A DNA stretch of 64,000 nucleotides from contig DATGGL010000129.1 of the NCBI GenBank assembly GCA_035308605.1, positions 3,332 through 67,331 of the forward strand, written 5' to 3'. This DNA is from Bryobacteraceae bacterium. Lineage in GTDB: Bacteria; Acidobacteriota; Terriglobia; Bryobacterales; Bryobacteraceae. The position numbers were made by a program, and so were the translations under genes. The notes under the pieces are model-generated. The model worked only from the letters and a program-made list of their open reading frames with translations, did no database searches and was not told the DNA's origin. Below are positions 55,043 through 64,000 of this stretch, in pieces. The number at the start of each line of letters is the position of its first letter. Position 1 is the stretch's first letter.

Positions 55043-58000
55043 ATGAAACAACGTTTGTCTCGGACGCTCAGCAGCATTCTTCTGTTCGTTTGTTTCCTCG
55101 TCGGCACACAGGCCTTCGGCCAGCTTATTACCGCCGACATCTTAGGCACAGTTACTGACGCGGCAGGTGCGGTGGTTCCAAACGCTCGAGTTACGGTAGT
55201 CAATACCGGCACTTCTGAAACCCGCACAGTTCAGACCAGCGGGTCGGGCGATTTCGTTATCAACCTGCTACCGCCGGGAACATACACTGTCACGGTGGAG
55301 GCTCCGGCTTTCAAGAAATCGGTTACCAACATCACCCTGGTCGCCGGCGACCGCGCGCGCACCGACACCCAGTTGCAGGTCGGCGAGTCGACCCAGATCG
55401 TCGAGGTTACGGCCACTACGCCGGCGCTTCAGACCGATAGCTCGACTCTGCGAGATACGGTAGCTGCGGCTTCGGTGCAGGATCTTCCCCTCAACGGCCG
55501 CAACTACGTACAGTTGGTTTCGACGGCCCCCGGCGCCGCGGCCGGTCCTTCGAACTCGATTCTCAGCGGAACCCGTCCCGACGAGCGTCGCCAGACCGCG
55601 GCGGTGGTGGCCAACGGCATGAACGAGACGTTCAACAATCACCTGGTCGACGGCATGGACAACAATGAGCGTGAGCAGCTCACGATTCTCTTCCGCCCTT
55701 CGATCGATTCGATTGAAGAAGTCAAGATCGATACCAACAACTACCCGGCTGAAGTCGGCCGCGCCGGTGGAGCGGTCGTCAACCTCATCACCAAGTCAGG
55801 CAACAACGCCTTCCACGGCGGCCTCTACGAGTACTTCCGCAACGACCAGCTGAACGCCAACGACTTTTTCGCAAACGGCGCCGGCATCGCACGCCCCGAG
55901 TTCCGCCAGAACCAGTTCGGCGGTAGCGTAGGCGGCCGCATTATCAAAGACAAGACCTTTTTCTTCGTCGATTTTGAGAACCTGCGAGTGATTCAGGGAA
56001 AGAACACTGGCCTGCTCGCCGCCCCCACGGCCTACGAACTGTCGCATCCCGGCGACTTCTCCGACCAGGGCGGACCCATCATTCCTGTCTCCCAGATCGA
56101 TCCCGTTGCGCTCAAATACCTGTCGCTATTCCCGGCTGCCAACATTCCGGGTGCTCCGCCGACCGCGAACTACACCGGCAATGTGAACAATCAGTATTTC
56201 GCGAAGACCGTTGACGCGCGCGTCGATCACCATTTCTCGGACAAGGACTCGATGTTCTTCCGGTTCTCCTACAATCCGACGACCACGGTCTACCCGACGC
56301 TCTATCCGCCGGTCAAGGAGTTTGGCGTTACGATCAACCCAGGCAACGGCATCTATCCCGGCAACTCAACCGAAGACTCGCAGGCGTACATGGTTGACTT
56401 CGTACATATCTTCAGGCCTACGCTGGTCGGCGAATTCAAAAGTAGTTTCACCCGCCTGAATATCGCCACGCTTTCGGCGAACCAAGGCAGCAACCTGTCG
56501 GACAAGTTCGGAATTCCGGGCGCGGACGTGAACCAGTATGTCTCGGGCCTGCTGAACGTTTCGATCAACGGATACACCGGGCCGGGAAGCTGCAATACTC
56601 TGGGCGATTGCACATCGGTGCCGATCTACGACATCAACAATGTTTTCCAGCAAGAAGGCTCACTGGCCTGGACCAGAGGCAGCCACAACATCAAGTTCGG
56701 TGCTGGCCTTATTCGCCGTCAGATGAACTACTACCAGATCCAGAACGGCACAGGTCAGTTCACATGGAGCGCCGCCACAGCGGGCGCGCCACCGAACAGC
56801 CTTGCGAACTTCCTGCTGGGAGTTCCAACCACCATCACCCGCCAGTTCCCGTTCCAGTATCAGTACTACCGGACTTGGGAACCCCACCTCTATGTGCAGG
56901 ACGACTGGCATGCGACTCGCAAGCTGACTCTGAACCTCGGCCTGCGCTGGGATCACATTGGCGAGCTCGCCAGCGCCACCGGCCAGCGCTCCAATTATCA
57001 GATCGACACGAATACGTTCTGCATCAGCTCCTACGCCTGCGTGCAACCGCACTGGAAAGATTTCCAGCCCCGTATCGGCTTCGCCTATAGCGCGGGTAAG
57101 GGCCTCGTGGTACGCGGCGGTTTCGGCCTCAGTTATTTCGCTCAGGACTTTGCGGCCGGCGCTGTGAATCTGCCTAACCCGCCATTCGTGGGCGTCAACT
57201 TCACCTGCTCCCCCGCGGCTCTGACGGGCTCCACCGTTTGCCCTGCGGGCGTCCATTTCCTATCGCAAGGTCCGCCACCCATCACACCGCCTAACATCCC
57301 CCAGTTGCTGGGGTCAGTCGCGGGCGGACTGCAGAGCTCGCTCAGCGCCAAAGCGGACACCTATCCGAACGCTAACGTCATGCAGTATAACCTGACGATA
57401 CAGAAGCAGCTCGGCCAGAACGTGTTTACCGTCGCCTATGTGGGGTTGCTGGCCCGTCACCTGTATTACGTCCCGAACGTCAACCTGCCGAATCCTTCCG
57501 GGTCGGCCGTAACGCCGAACTATCTTCGAATTGCCACGCTGCCCAACATCACCGGTATCAGCCTGTACGGCACCGGCGGAGCCGCCGAATACAACGCGGC
57601 TCAGTTCGTCTTCGAGCGGCGCTATTCGAAGGGTCTGACCATCAACGCCAATTACGTCTTCGCTCGCAACCTCACCAGTATTACCGACAGCTCGATCAGC
57701 AGCGCGCCAGTCGCGACGGTAACGAACAACCGGAGTTACGACTGGGGCAACTCGGACATCGGCTTCAAGAACAAATTCACGATACGCGCCAATTACGAGC
57801 TACCTTTTGGCAAGTCCGCAAAGGGACTTACAAAGTTCGCGATTGGCGGATGGCAGGTCAACACCATCGCTTTCTGGCAATCCGGCCAGCCGTTCTCGGT
57901 CCTGGATGGCCAGAATCTGATCAATCTGCCCAACGTCAGTTCGGATCGCCCGAACATGGTCTCCGGCCAGTCGTGCACGGTTTCGAACCCGACGATCCAC

Positions 58001-58339
58001 AACTTCATCAACCTGAATGCGTTCCAGCAGCAGGCGATCGGCAACCCGGGCAACGAGGGACGCGACCAATGTTACGGTCCGAGCTGGAGAGAGGTCGACC
58101 TCTCGATATTTAAGGACTTCCTGTTCGCCGAGAAGTACAGACTATCGTTCCGGGCCGAGGCGTATAACATCTCGAACACGACGAACTTCTCGCTGCCCAA
58201 CTTCAACATCAGCGGCTGGACGGTCAGCCGCAACCCGGCCGGCATTCCGACCACTGCCGGAGCCTTCGGCCAGATCACCTCGACGAACATCGGCTTCACA
58301 CCACGCGTCATTCAATTGGCGCTGAAGCTCAACTTCTGA
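55043..58339 (+). CDS. Oar-like TonB-dependent receptor with carboxypeptidase-regulatory N-domain
   Basis: SD GGGGAGAG before ATG 55043. Signal MKQRLSRTLSSILLFVCFLVGTQAFG. GTVTDAAGAVVPNARVTVVNTGT...PGTYTVTVEAPAFKK. LPLNGRNYVQLV. C-terminal beta-signal LALKLNF. Confidence 0.85.
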   Translation: MKQRLSRTLSSILLFVCFLVGTQAFGQLITADILGTVTDAAGAVVPNARVTVVNTGTSETRTVQTSGSGDFVINLLPPGTYTVTVEAPAFKKSVTNITLVAGDRARTDTQLQVGESTQIVEVTATTPALQTDSSTLRDTVAAASVQDLPLNGRNYVQLVSTAPGAAAGPSNSILSGTRPDERRQTAAVVANGMNETFNNHLVDGMDNNEREQLTILFRPSIDSIEEVKIDTNNYPAEVGRAGGAVVNLITKSGNNAFHGGLYEYFRNDQLNANDFFANGAGIARPEFRQNQFGGSVGGRIIKDKTFFFVDFENLRVIQGKNTGLLAAPTAYELSHPGDFSDQGGPIIPVSQIDPVALKYLSLFPAANIPGAPPTANYTGNVNNQYFAKTVDARVDHHFSDKDSMFFRFSYNPTTTVYPTLYPPVKEFGVTINPGNGIYPGNSTEDSQAYMVDFVHIFRPTLVGEFKSSFTRLNIATLSANQGSNLSDKFGIPGADVNQYVSGLLNVSINGYTGPGSCNTLGDCTSVPIYDINNVFQQEGSLAWTRGSHNIKFGAGLIRRQMNYYQIQNGTGQFTWSAATAGAPPNSLANFLLGVPTTITRQFPFQYQYYRTWEPHLYVQDDWHATRKLTLNLGLRWDHIGELASATGQRSNYQIDTNTFCISSYACVQPHWKDFQPRIGFAYSAGKGLVVRGGFGLSYFAQDFAAGAVNLPNPPFVGVNFTCSPAALTGSTVCPAGVHFLSQGPPPITPPNIPQLLGSVAGGLQSSLSAKADTYPNANVMQYNLTIQKQLGQNVFTVAYVGLLARHLYYVPNVNLPNPSGSAVTPNYLRIATLPNITGISLYGTGGAAEYNAAQFVFERRYSKGLTINANYVFARNLTSITDSSISSAPVATVTNNRSYDWGNSDIGFKNKFTIRANYELPFGKSAKGLTKFAIGGWQVNTIAFWQSGQPFSVLDGQNLINLPNVSSDRPNMVSGQSCTVSNPTIHNFINLNAFQQQAIGNPGNEGRDQCYGPSWREVDLSIFKDFLFAEKYRLSFRAEAYNISNTTNFSLPNFNISGWTVSRNPAGIPTTAGAFGQITSTNIGFTPRVIQLALKLNF

Positions 58340-58364
58340 TCGGGCGCGACGCGCTCGCCAATAA

Positions 58365-58405
58365 AGGCCGCTGGTGCACTGGAAGGGTAGATGCACTAGC
58401 GGCCT
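58365..58405 (+). terminator. 14-bp stem hairpin after the receptor gene
   Basis: AGGCCGCTGGTGCA-(13 nt)-TGCACTAGCGGCCT (one mismatch). No U-tract. Confidence 0.35.
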
Positions 58406-58798
58406 GAGGCACGCACTCGTCTTCTTTGAGCGGCGCGTAGCTGAGCCGGGCGATCAGCTCGGTCAGCACTGTAGCGCGCGCTGAGTTCGAGCCGGCGTTG
58501 TCGCGATTTTCAGTCGGCTGCACCTGTTAGAAATAGAACCCCGCCGCACGATCTCATTAGCAAGCTGTTGCTTTGGAATGCAGACAAGAAGCGGTGTGTT
58601 CGCGCATTCCGCCTGTTTTCGTCCCCGGTGTGTTATCGATGGCTACCTTCCGGCCAGTCGCGCAAACGGGTACCGGAGCCCCGGCAATGGTCCACTGCGG
58701 TTAACTGGCACATCGTTCCTAACGAGCTCGATCTAATCAGATCGATCTCGTCGGGCGCTAATTGCGCCACACCGGATGTTGAGACGCGCGATTGAAAG

Positions 58799-58875
58799 TG
58801 GTGGGCTTGACAGAACTCGAATCTGTGACCTCCTGCGTGTCAAGCAGGCGCTCTAACCAACTGAGCTACAAGCCC
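58799..58875 (-). tRNA. tRNA-Val (anticodon GAC), CCA encoded
   Basis: Reverse complement is GGGCTTGTAGCTCAGTTGGTTAGAGCGCCTGCTTGACACGCAGGAGGTCACAGATTCGAGTTCTGTCAAGCCCACCA. It folds by hand into a cloverleaf: acceptor 7 bp, D 4 bp, anticodon stem CCTGC/GCAGG with loop TTGACAC, T stem ACAGA/TCTGT. Confidence 0.95.
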
Positions 58876-58965
58876 TTAAGAACGGTGGCGGAACTGCTAG
58901 CCGAGACTGCCCTCCGCGGAGGGCTGTTCGACAAGACCTACACATTTTAACACGCGTGCGCGTTT

Positions 58966-60036
58966 TTACTCAGTCCCGTAGTTGATTTCCAGCTTTCGCG
59001 CCCGAAAGCTGGCTGCGATCAGTACCGCGATCGTCAAGACGACCAACCCGGTAATCGCAAGAAACGGTGGCGTGGGTTCCGCCGAGGAAACCAGCAGCAG
59101 CAGCGGAGCCGCCATCTCTTTATCCGGCGGCGCGACCACCGGGCACAGGGATTGCAAATAGAAGATCACGCTGATTTTCTTCAGCGCCGCGGGCAGGAAC
59201 AGATTCGCGCTCTCCCAGAGCAGCACGGTAGCCGCGGGGATGATGGGATTTCGAAACAGGAGTCCCGCGGCTAGAAATACGCTTCCATAGCCCAGACACG
59301 CGAGCGCTGTCACTCCCAGATACGCCGCCACCTGATGCCAGCCGGGTCCGCGCAGGAATTCGTCGATCGCGGCGCGGTCGAAGTGCAGCCACATGGTCCA
59401 GAGCTGAAGCGCGGTGCTGGTGGTGAAGATGACCACGGTCGTGATCAGCCCGGCCAGATATTTTCCGACCAAGAGCACCTCGCGACGCATGGGAGCCAGC
59501 AGGTAATAGTGCAGGCTCTTGTCGATCAGCTCGCCACGGAACAGGTTCATGAATACGCCGACGCAGCCAAAGAAAATCGCCAGACGGAGATAGAAGAACT
59601 GAAAAACGGTCGCGAAGATCAACGAGTCTTGAGGGATGCTGCACTTGTAAATCTGGCGCTTGGAGATTCCCCTGAGCTCGCCGTCCTCGAACATGAAAGT
59701 GTAGTTGGATTCACCGTCGGTATAGTTCAGCCACGCGCGGTCCTGGCGCCGGGTGCGCACCATGCGCCGCGAATACGGCGGACCCAGTTTCTCCTCCACA
59801 TCCGCGCGCGACATGCCGTGTTGAATCGATTCGAGCGTCTCGGTCGCAAGCGGATGTTCCGTCGCGACGTCGCGCTGATGGTCGCGGATCATCATCATGT
59901 TGATCGAATGCCCGGCCCAGATCAGCACCGGAGCCGCCGCCAGAAGATATACCCACAGGCCCCGCTTGGCGAAGAAGGTCTTCTTCATCTCCAGGCGGAT
60001 CACGGCGACGATCTGCGCCCACCACAGCGTCATCAT
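58966..60036 (-). CDS. ABC-2-type permease with an inserted extracytoplasmic domain after TM1
   Basis: TM1 [16 protein letters not shown], then about 100 soluble residues ([18 protein letters not shown]...FEDGELRGI), then 5 or more hydrophobic segments. 4-nt overlap with the upstream ATPase gene. Confidence 0.7.
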   Translation of the reverse strand: MMTLWWAQIVAVIRLEMKKTFFAKRGLWVYLLAAAPVLIWAGHSINMMMIRDHQRDVATEHPLATETLESIQHGMSRADVEEKLGPPYSRRMVRTRRQDRAWLNYTDGESNYTFMFEDGELRGISKRQIYKCSIPQDSLIFATVFQFFYLRLAIFFGCVGVFMNLFRGELIDKSLHYYLLAPMRREVLLVGKYLAGLITTVVIFTTSTALQLWTMWLHFDRAAIDEFLRGPGWHQVAAYLGVTALACLGYGSVFLAAGLLFRNPIIPAATVLLWESANLFLPAALKKISVIFYLQSLCPVVAPPDKEMAAPLLLLVSSAEPTPPFLAITGLVVLTIAVLIAASFRARKLEINYGTE

Positions 60037-60992
60037 TTGGTCGACTCCTCCGCGCCGATCAGGTATTCATACACCGAATTGACGTTGTCATCCGCCGGGG
60101 CAACGCTTTCAATTTCGATGCCGTTCATGGCGATGTGGTTCAGCAGCCGGTAAAACCGGTCGGGATCGCGCGTCTTCACCAGCAAGCCGCCGCCGTCGGC
60201 GTGGATGCGGGCTTCGACGACGCTGTCCTGCTCGAAAACCTTCGATGCCAGGGCGCCGGGCCGGTTGCAGCGGATCAGCACCTGCATCGGGTGGTCGCTG
60301 ATTTCGCTTCGGACGCCTTGAATCTTGCCTTCGGCGACCACGTACCCGTTACTCAGCAGGATCACCTGGTCCGAAATCATGTCGACTTCGTGCAGGATGT
60401 GGCTGGACACGATGACATGCCGCCCTTCCGCGGCAAGCTCGCGAAACAGTGAGATGGTTTCCGCCCGCACCAGCGGATCCAGGCCGTTCAGCGGCTCATC
60501 GAGCACCAGCACCCGCGGATCGTGCGCTATCGACTGGGCGAGTTTGATGCGCTGCCGCATCCCTTTGCTGTAGCCAGCGACTTTGCGATTCGCCGCTTCC
60601 ACCAGGTTGACCCGCTCAATCGACTTCCAGGCAAGGGCCTCGCACTCCGAGTGAGTGGTCCCGAAAAGCCGGAGAAAGGAATACACGAATTGAAATCCCG
60701 TCAGCCCTTTCGGGAAGGAATCGAACTGTGTCGAGTATCCGAGCAGCCGGAACAGGCGTTCGGGGTCGTCGGGCGGGATTCCGAGGATTTTGATGGCGCC
60801 TCGCGTCGGCCGGACGAGGCCGGTCATCAGGTTCATCAGCGTGGTCTTGCCGGATCCATTGGGACCGACCAGGCTGGTGATCCCGGGAGGGATCGACAGA
60901 GTTACGCGATTGACGCCCAGCACTTCGCCGTAGAATCGCGAAACGTTTTCGAAAACGATGAGGCTCTCTTCAATGGGCGGAGGCAGACTCAT
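60033..60992 (-). CDS. ABC transporter ATP-binding protein with C-terminal extension
   Basis: Walker [10 protein letters not shown], signature-like YSKGMRQ, Walker [16 protein letters not shown] 60992 overlaps the upstream permease stop (ATGA). The 444-aa track ORF is an Arg-rich over-extension. Confidence 0.85.
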   Translation of the reverse strand: MSLPPPIEESLIVFENVSRFYGEVLGVNRVTLSIPPGITSLVGPNGSGKTTLMNLMTGLVRPTRGAIKILGIPPDDPERLFRLLGYSTQFDSFPKGLTGFQFVYSFLRLFGTTHSECEALAWKSIERVNLVEAANRKVAGYSKGMRQRIKLAQSIAHDPRVLVLDEPLNGLDPLVRAETISLFRELAAEGRHVIVSSHILHEVDMISDQVILLSNGYVVAEGKIQGVRSEISDHPMQVLIRCNRPGALASKVFEQDSVVEARIHADGGGLLVKTRDPDRFYRLLNHIAMNGIEIESVAPADDNVNSVYEYLIGAEESTK

Positions 60993-61849
60993 CGAATAAC
61001 CTCGAACGCCCGAACCTTCTTTGAGAGCAGCCACAAGCAAATGGCACACGCGCCCGCGAGCGCCATCCAGGCGTCGCTTAGGGCGACTCCGCTTGCGGCG
61101 TCGTGATGGAACAGCGGGCTCCAGACAATGAAGTTCACCTGCGCCAGATCGATCAGCGTTCCATATTTGGTGCGCATGACCGCGTTGATGGCTGCGCCGA
61201 ACCCGGCACCGGCGAAGAACACGCCCAAAATCAGCGCACCGGCCGCGACCTTCCAGCGCACCCAGGCCGAAATCGCCATCGCGATCAGCGAAAGAATGGT
61301 GCACCAGACCAGCATGGCGAGCAGAATCGCTTCCGCGATCCACAGATTCGCCATGGTCCATTCCCACCCGGCGAGGCTTGATTGGATCGCGAAAAGGATC
61401 AGCCCCGGCACCCAGGTGATCATCGATAGCAGAAACATCAGGACGCTCATCTTTCCCGCGACGTACTCGGTTCGGGAAAACGGGCGGCAGAAGTATAGGG
61501 GAAGAGCGTTGTTCACCAGGTCGGGCGAAACCAGGCTCGGCCCAACGAAAGCCGTCATCAGATAAGCCATCGCGGCCTGGAAATTACAGAAGTACAGAAA
61601 AAAATTGCCGTTGACATCCAGAAAGTTCCCGGCCTGGACGTTGAACGATTTCAAAAACGACAGATTGTGCGAGAGATAGATGAACCCTGCGCACCCGATC
61701 GGGAAAATCATGCAGGCCACTTGGAACAATATCAGGAACTTCGATTGGAACAGCCGCGAGTAGCTGTATCGCGGCAAAATCAAAAACCGCGACCATGTTG
61801 GGGTCAATGGTCCGGAGTATCCCTTGTATGTTCGCTTATAGACGGCCAT
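60989..61849 (-). CDS. ABC-2-type permease
   Basis: Six hydrophobic segments. ATG 61849 has AGGA 6 nt upstream (the track start 61852 is a TTG). Confidence 0.7.
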   Translation of the reverse strand: MAVYKRTYKGYSGPLTPTWSRFLILPRYSYSRLFQSKFLILFQVACMIFPIGCAGFIYLSHNLSFLKSFNVQAGNFLDVNGNFFLYFCNFQAAMAYLMTAFVGPSLVSPDLVNNALPLYFCRPFSRTEYVAGKMSVLMFLLSMITWVPGLILFAIQSSLAGWEWTMANLWIAEAILLAMLVWCTILSLIAMAISAWVRWKVAAGALILGVFFAGAGFGAAINAVMRTKYGTLIDLAQVNFIVWSPLFHHDAASGVALSDAWMALAGACAICLWLLSKKVRAFEVIR

Positions 61850-61910
61850 CAATAATCCTGATGTTTTGGCCGCAGATAGACGCCGATGGACGGCGATAAA
61901 ACATTGTTCT

Positions 61911-61950
61911 TAATCTGCGTTGATCTGCGTTCATCTTTGTTCATCTGGGG
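61911..61950. repeat. Four phased 10-bp tandem repeats in an intra-operon spacer
   Basis: TAATCTGCGT TGATCTGCGT TCATCTTTGT TCATCTGGGG, with exact 10-nt register. Confidence 0.85.
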
Positions 61951-61956
61951 CCAGTT

Positions 61957-62001
61957 CCTACGCATCCCTTTCCTATGCATCCCTTTCCTATGCATCCATT
62001 G
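61957..62001. repeat. Three 15-bp tandem repeats overlapping the stop codon of the ATPase gene
   Basis: CCTACGCATCCCTTT CCTATGCATCCCTTT CCTATGCATCCATTG. Copy 3 encodes the last residues (…AMDA) and the TAG stop at 61988..61990. Confidence 0.85.
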
Positions 62002-62902
62002 CCTTCAAGAAAATGTCTTCGAGCGTGTCTCGCCGGTAGTTGAGTTTTCTCAACTGGAGATCCTGCTCTGCTGCCAGACGATAGATCTCGCGCATCTCGA
62101 ATCCTACGGGGAGCACCATTTTCAGCCGGCCGAATCCGGCTGTGGCGCATTCGCAACCGAGTCCGGTCAACGCCGCTGCAAAATCCGAATCGTTTCCGAT
62201 AGTTTCCACTTCAACGAAGCGTTTGTTGGAACTGCGTTCTTCTTCGAGATTCGAGTAGTGCACGATCCGGCCCTGCTTCAGGATCAGGACCTCTTCGCAA
62301 GTCTCTTCGACATCGCGCAGGAGATGGGAGCACAGGACCAGGTGCATCTCGCCCGAATCCTTCATTTCCCGGATCAGCCGGATCATCCGCTGCCTCGCGG
62401 GCGGATCAAGCCCATTTGTTGGTTCATCCAGGATCAGCAGCCGCGGCCCATGCACGATCGCTTGCGCGAGTTTGGCCAGTTGCTTCATCCCGAGCGAATA
62501 GGTGCCGAGCATCCGGTAGCGGGCTTCGCCCAGGCCGACGTAAAACAAGACTTCGTGGGCGCGTTCGAGGGCGGCGTCGGCCGGAAGGCCGGACAATTCG
62601 CCCATCATCCGGATAAACGCCACGGCGCTCATGTTGGCGATGAACGAATCGTTTTCCGGCATGTAGCCGACCAGCGTTCGAATCTGGCTCTGCTCCCGCC
62701 GGATATCGTGCCCCAAAATGCTGGCGGTTCCTGAAGAGACCGGGCAAAATCCCAGCAGAGTTTGAATCAGCGTCGATTTCCCGGCCCCGTTGGGACCGAG
62801 CAGGCCGATGGTCCGGCCGGAAAGAGAGACGCGCAGGTCTTTGAGAATCTCGCGATTCCCGAATCGAACACCTAGTCCGGCTAGATCAATTACGGGTTGC
62901 AC
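61988..62902 (-). CDS. ABC transporter ATP-binding protein
   Basis: Walker [17 protein letters not shown], Walker [16 protein letters not shown] 62902 is proposed as the start (17-nt overlap with the upstream gene). The track start 62962 would overlap by 77 nt. Confidence 0.8.
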   Translation of the reverse strand: MQPVIDLAGLGVRFGNREILKDLRVSLSGRTIGLLGPNGAGKSTLIQTLLGFCPVSSGTASILGHDIRREQSQIRTLVGYMPENDSFIANMSAVAFIRMMGELSGLPADAALERAHEVLFYVGLGEARYRMLGTYSLGMKQLAKLAQAIVHGPRLLILDEPTNGLDPPARQRMIRLIREMKDSGEMHLVLCSHLLRDVEETCEEVLILKQGRIVHYSNLEEERSSNKRFVEVETIGNDSDFAAALTGLGCECATAGFGRLKMVLPVGFEMREIYRLAAEQDLQLRKLNYRRDTLEDIFLKAMDA

Positions 62903-64000
62903 TGGTCCTAAACGCAAGCACGGGCGGAAGTAATTTCGGGAGCGCCTCCGCGCCCTTCGCATTCAATCCTAGCAAGGTGCTCAGATCCAGGCCGAAAAAT
63001 CCGCTCCGGCTGGCGACCACGATCCGGTCCGGCTCGCCGTACGCATAAATCAATCCCGGCTCGCGATTCGCAGTCAGCATATCGGCCGATTTCTGCTGTG
63101 CGGGCGTCATTAATTTTCCTGACTTGAGTTGATCCACCAGTGGACCGATGGTCGAACCCATGTTGTAATACAGCAGCCCGGAAAAATTCTCGTGACCATC
63201 CTGCGGCAACTGCGCCCGGAATGCCGCCGACCGCGCAACGGTCAGCCCCGACGCCCGCGTCTCGATGGCTGCCATCAGTAGTGCCGGAGACGGCGCCAGC
63301 AGCCAATACCCGTTCGAGAAACAGTAGTTGACTTCGTAAGCCACTTTCGCCGAGGTCAACGTGTAGTACGTGAGCCCGTTGGTTTCGCCAGTGGCGAGCT
63401 TTAGCTCCGGATGGGCCGTTTGCGCCGCGGTTACCGCCTGCTCGATCGACGATTGGAGCCGCCGGGCGTCATTCACCTCGATCGCGATCTTCCAACTGGG
63501 CACCGGCAGCAGCGGCCCGTCCAGGGCGACGGTCATCTCCCCGCCCAGGCTCGCAGCGATGTCATTGACTGGAAATTCGCTCAACACCGCGCCCGGCCCA
63601 GTCTTGGAGCCACCCACGGCGATCAGTTCCTGCAACAACGTTCCGGGATTCTTGATCACGAACGATCCCGCGAACGTGGCATCGGGAGAAACAAAATCGA
63701 GCGTCCCCATGGGACCGGGCGCAGCCAGCCAGCTCGCCAGGCCATGCCGTTCGCCCGCGAAATCGAGCGACGCGCTGTTCTCGGTGCGTCCGAGATTCTG
63801 TTTGCGCTCGACCACCAGGTACCTAACGTTATCCAATCCGGAAATGAGTGTACGCGGCGTCACGTTCTGTGATTGTTTTACGTGCTGCGCGATCATTTGT
63901 TCCATGTCAGCCGCAAAAAGCCACGCGACTCCGCCTTGATAGCTCTGCGCGACGCGTTTCCCGAACGGCGTTTCGAGAAATCCTCCCTGGCCAAGACCCC
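62886..64000 (-). CDS. Large hypothetical protein, N-terminus beyond the window end
   Basis: The reading frame stays open from the M at 63905 to nt 64000. Balanced composition (…[31 protein letters not shown]…). First gene of the ABC cluster. No domain recognised with confidence. Confidence 0.6.
   Translation of the reverse strand, partial: GLGQGGFLETPFGKRVAQSYQGGVAWLFAADMEQMIAQHVKQSQNVTPRTLISGLDNVRYLVVERKQNLGRTENSASLDFAGERHGLASWLAAPGPMGTLDFVSPDATFAGSFVIKNPGTLLQELIAVGGSKTGPGAVLSEFPVNDIAASLGGEMTVALDGPLLPVPSWKIAIEVNDARRLQSSIEQAVTAAQTAHPELKLATGETNGLTYYTLTSAKVAYEVNYCFSNGYWLLAPSPALLMAAIETRASGLTVARSAAFRAQLPQDGHENFSGLLYYNMGSTIGPLVDQLKSGKLMTPAQQKSADMLTANREPGLIYAYGEPDRIVVASRSGFFGLDLSTLLGLNAKGAEALPKLLPPVLAFRTSATRN

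Noticed and set aside
58568-58795. 75-aa ORF immediately next to tRNA-Val, and the imperfect palindrome CGAGCTCGATCTAATCAGATCGATCTCG at 58725..58752
   Set aside because: The ORF is Arg/Cys/Trp-rich with a TTG start and no SD. The palindrome is short and isolated. No integrase or att duplication supports an integration scar.
60033-61367. Track ORFs with long N-terminal extensions: 444-aa ATPase ORF, 26286..27236, 19389..20306, 16751..17086, 10045..11214, 39860..40825
   Set aside because: The extensions overlap the upstream gene and are Arg-rich nonsense. An internal start gives a canonical N-terminus, and for most of these ORFs that start abuts or overlaps the upstream stop. Trimmed coordinates are reported instead.

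Overview
64-kb chromosomal segment, GC-rich by eye (roughly 60%, not computed) and densely coding: about 58 supported CDS and one tRNA-Val. I found no rRNA, CRISPR array, integrase, transposase or reverse transcriptase. All protein names come from motif recognition in the supplied translations; no searches were run. The gene content points to an Acidobacteriota genome (Solibacter/Bryobacter-like), which is inference only. The supporting genes are an ADOP-type duplicated FtsX permease, Oar-like TonB receptors with a carboxypeptidase-regulatory N-domain, and a BNR/NHL protein ending in a Solibacter-type C-terminal domain.

Core content:
- mfd-surA-yhaM block
- Nucleoside salvage: deoA, nupC, punA
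- fahA and lhgO
- yitJ-type homocysteine methyltransferase/MTHFR fusion
- Glycogen/trehalose genes: glgP, debranching enzyme, treZ
- Tat-exported Mo-hydroxylase
- vapBC
- Double ABC-2 transporter

Most unusual places:
1. A repeat-dense, mostly non-coding islet at 27.76-29.2 kb. It is built from a palindromic element with perfect 22-bp inverted termini, present as a 57-bp form and a 357-bp form. It also holds a G-tract array, a low-GC membrane-protein gene and an orphan small beta-barrel-like ORF.
2. A lower-GC islet of four small genes at 52.0-53.5 kb (two zinc ribbons, a DUF98/chorismate-lyase-like protein, an acidic 85-aa protein). It sits next to an orphan NarL-type regulator and a repeat-bearing terminated 3' region.
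3. A lower-GC stand-alone Ser/Thr kinase with a split zinc ribbon, sitting inside the nucleoside-salvage gene string.
4. A Uma2 nuclease plus HipA-like kinase pair.
5. An acidic-head/histone-H1-like-tail protein.
6. Phased 10-bp and 15-bp tandem repeats inside the ABC operon.
7. A REP-like intergenic palindrome family.

The track translates TTG/GTG starts as M, so several track ORFs are N-terminally over-extended. I trimmed these where operon geometry or an ATG with an SD-like motif supports it.
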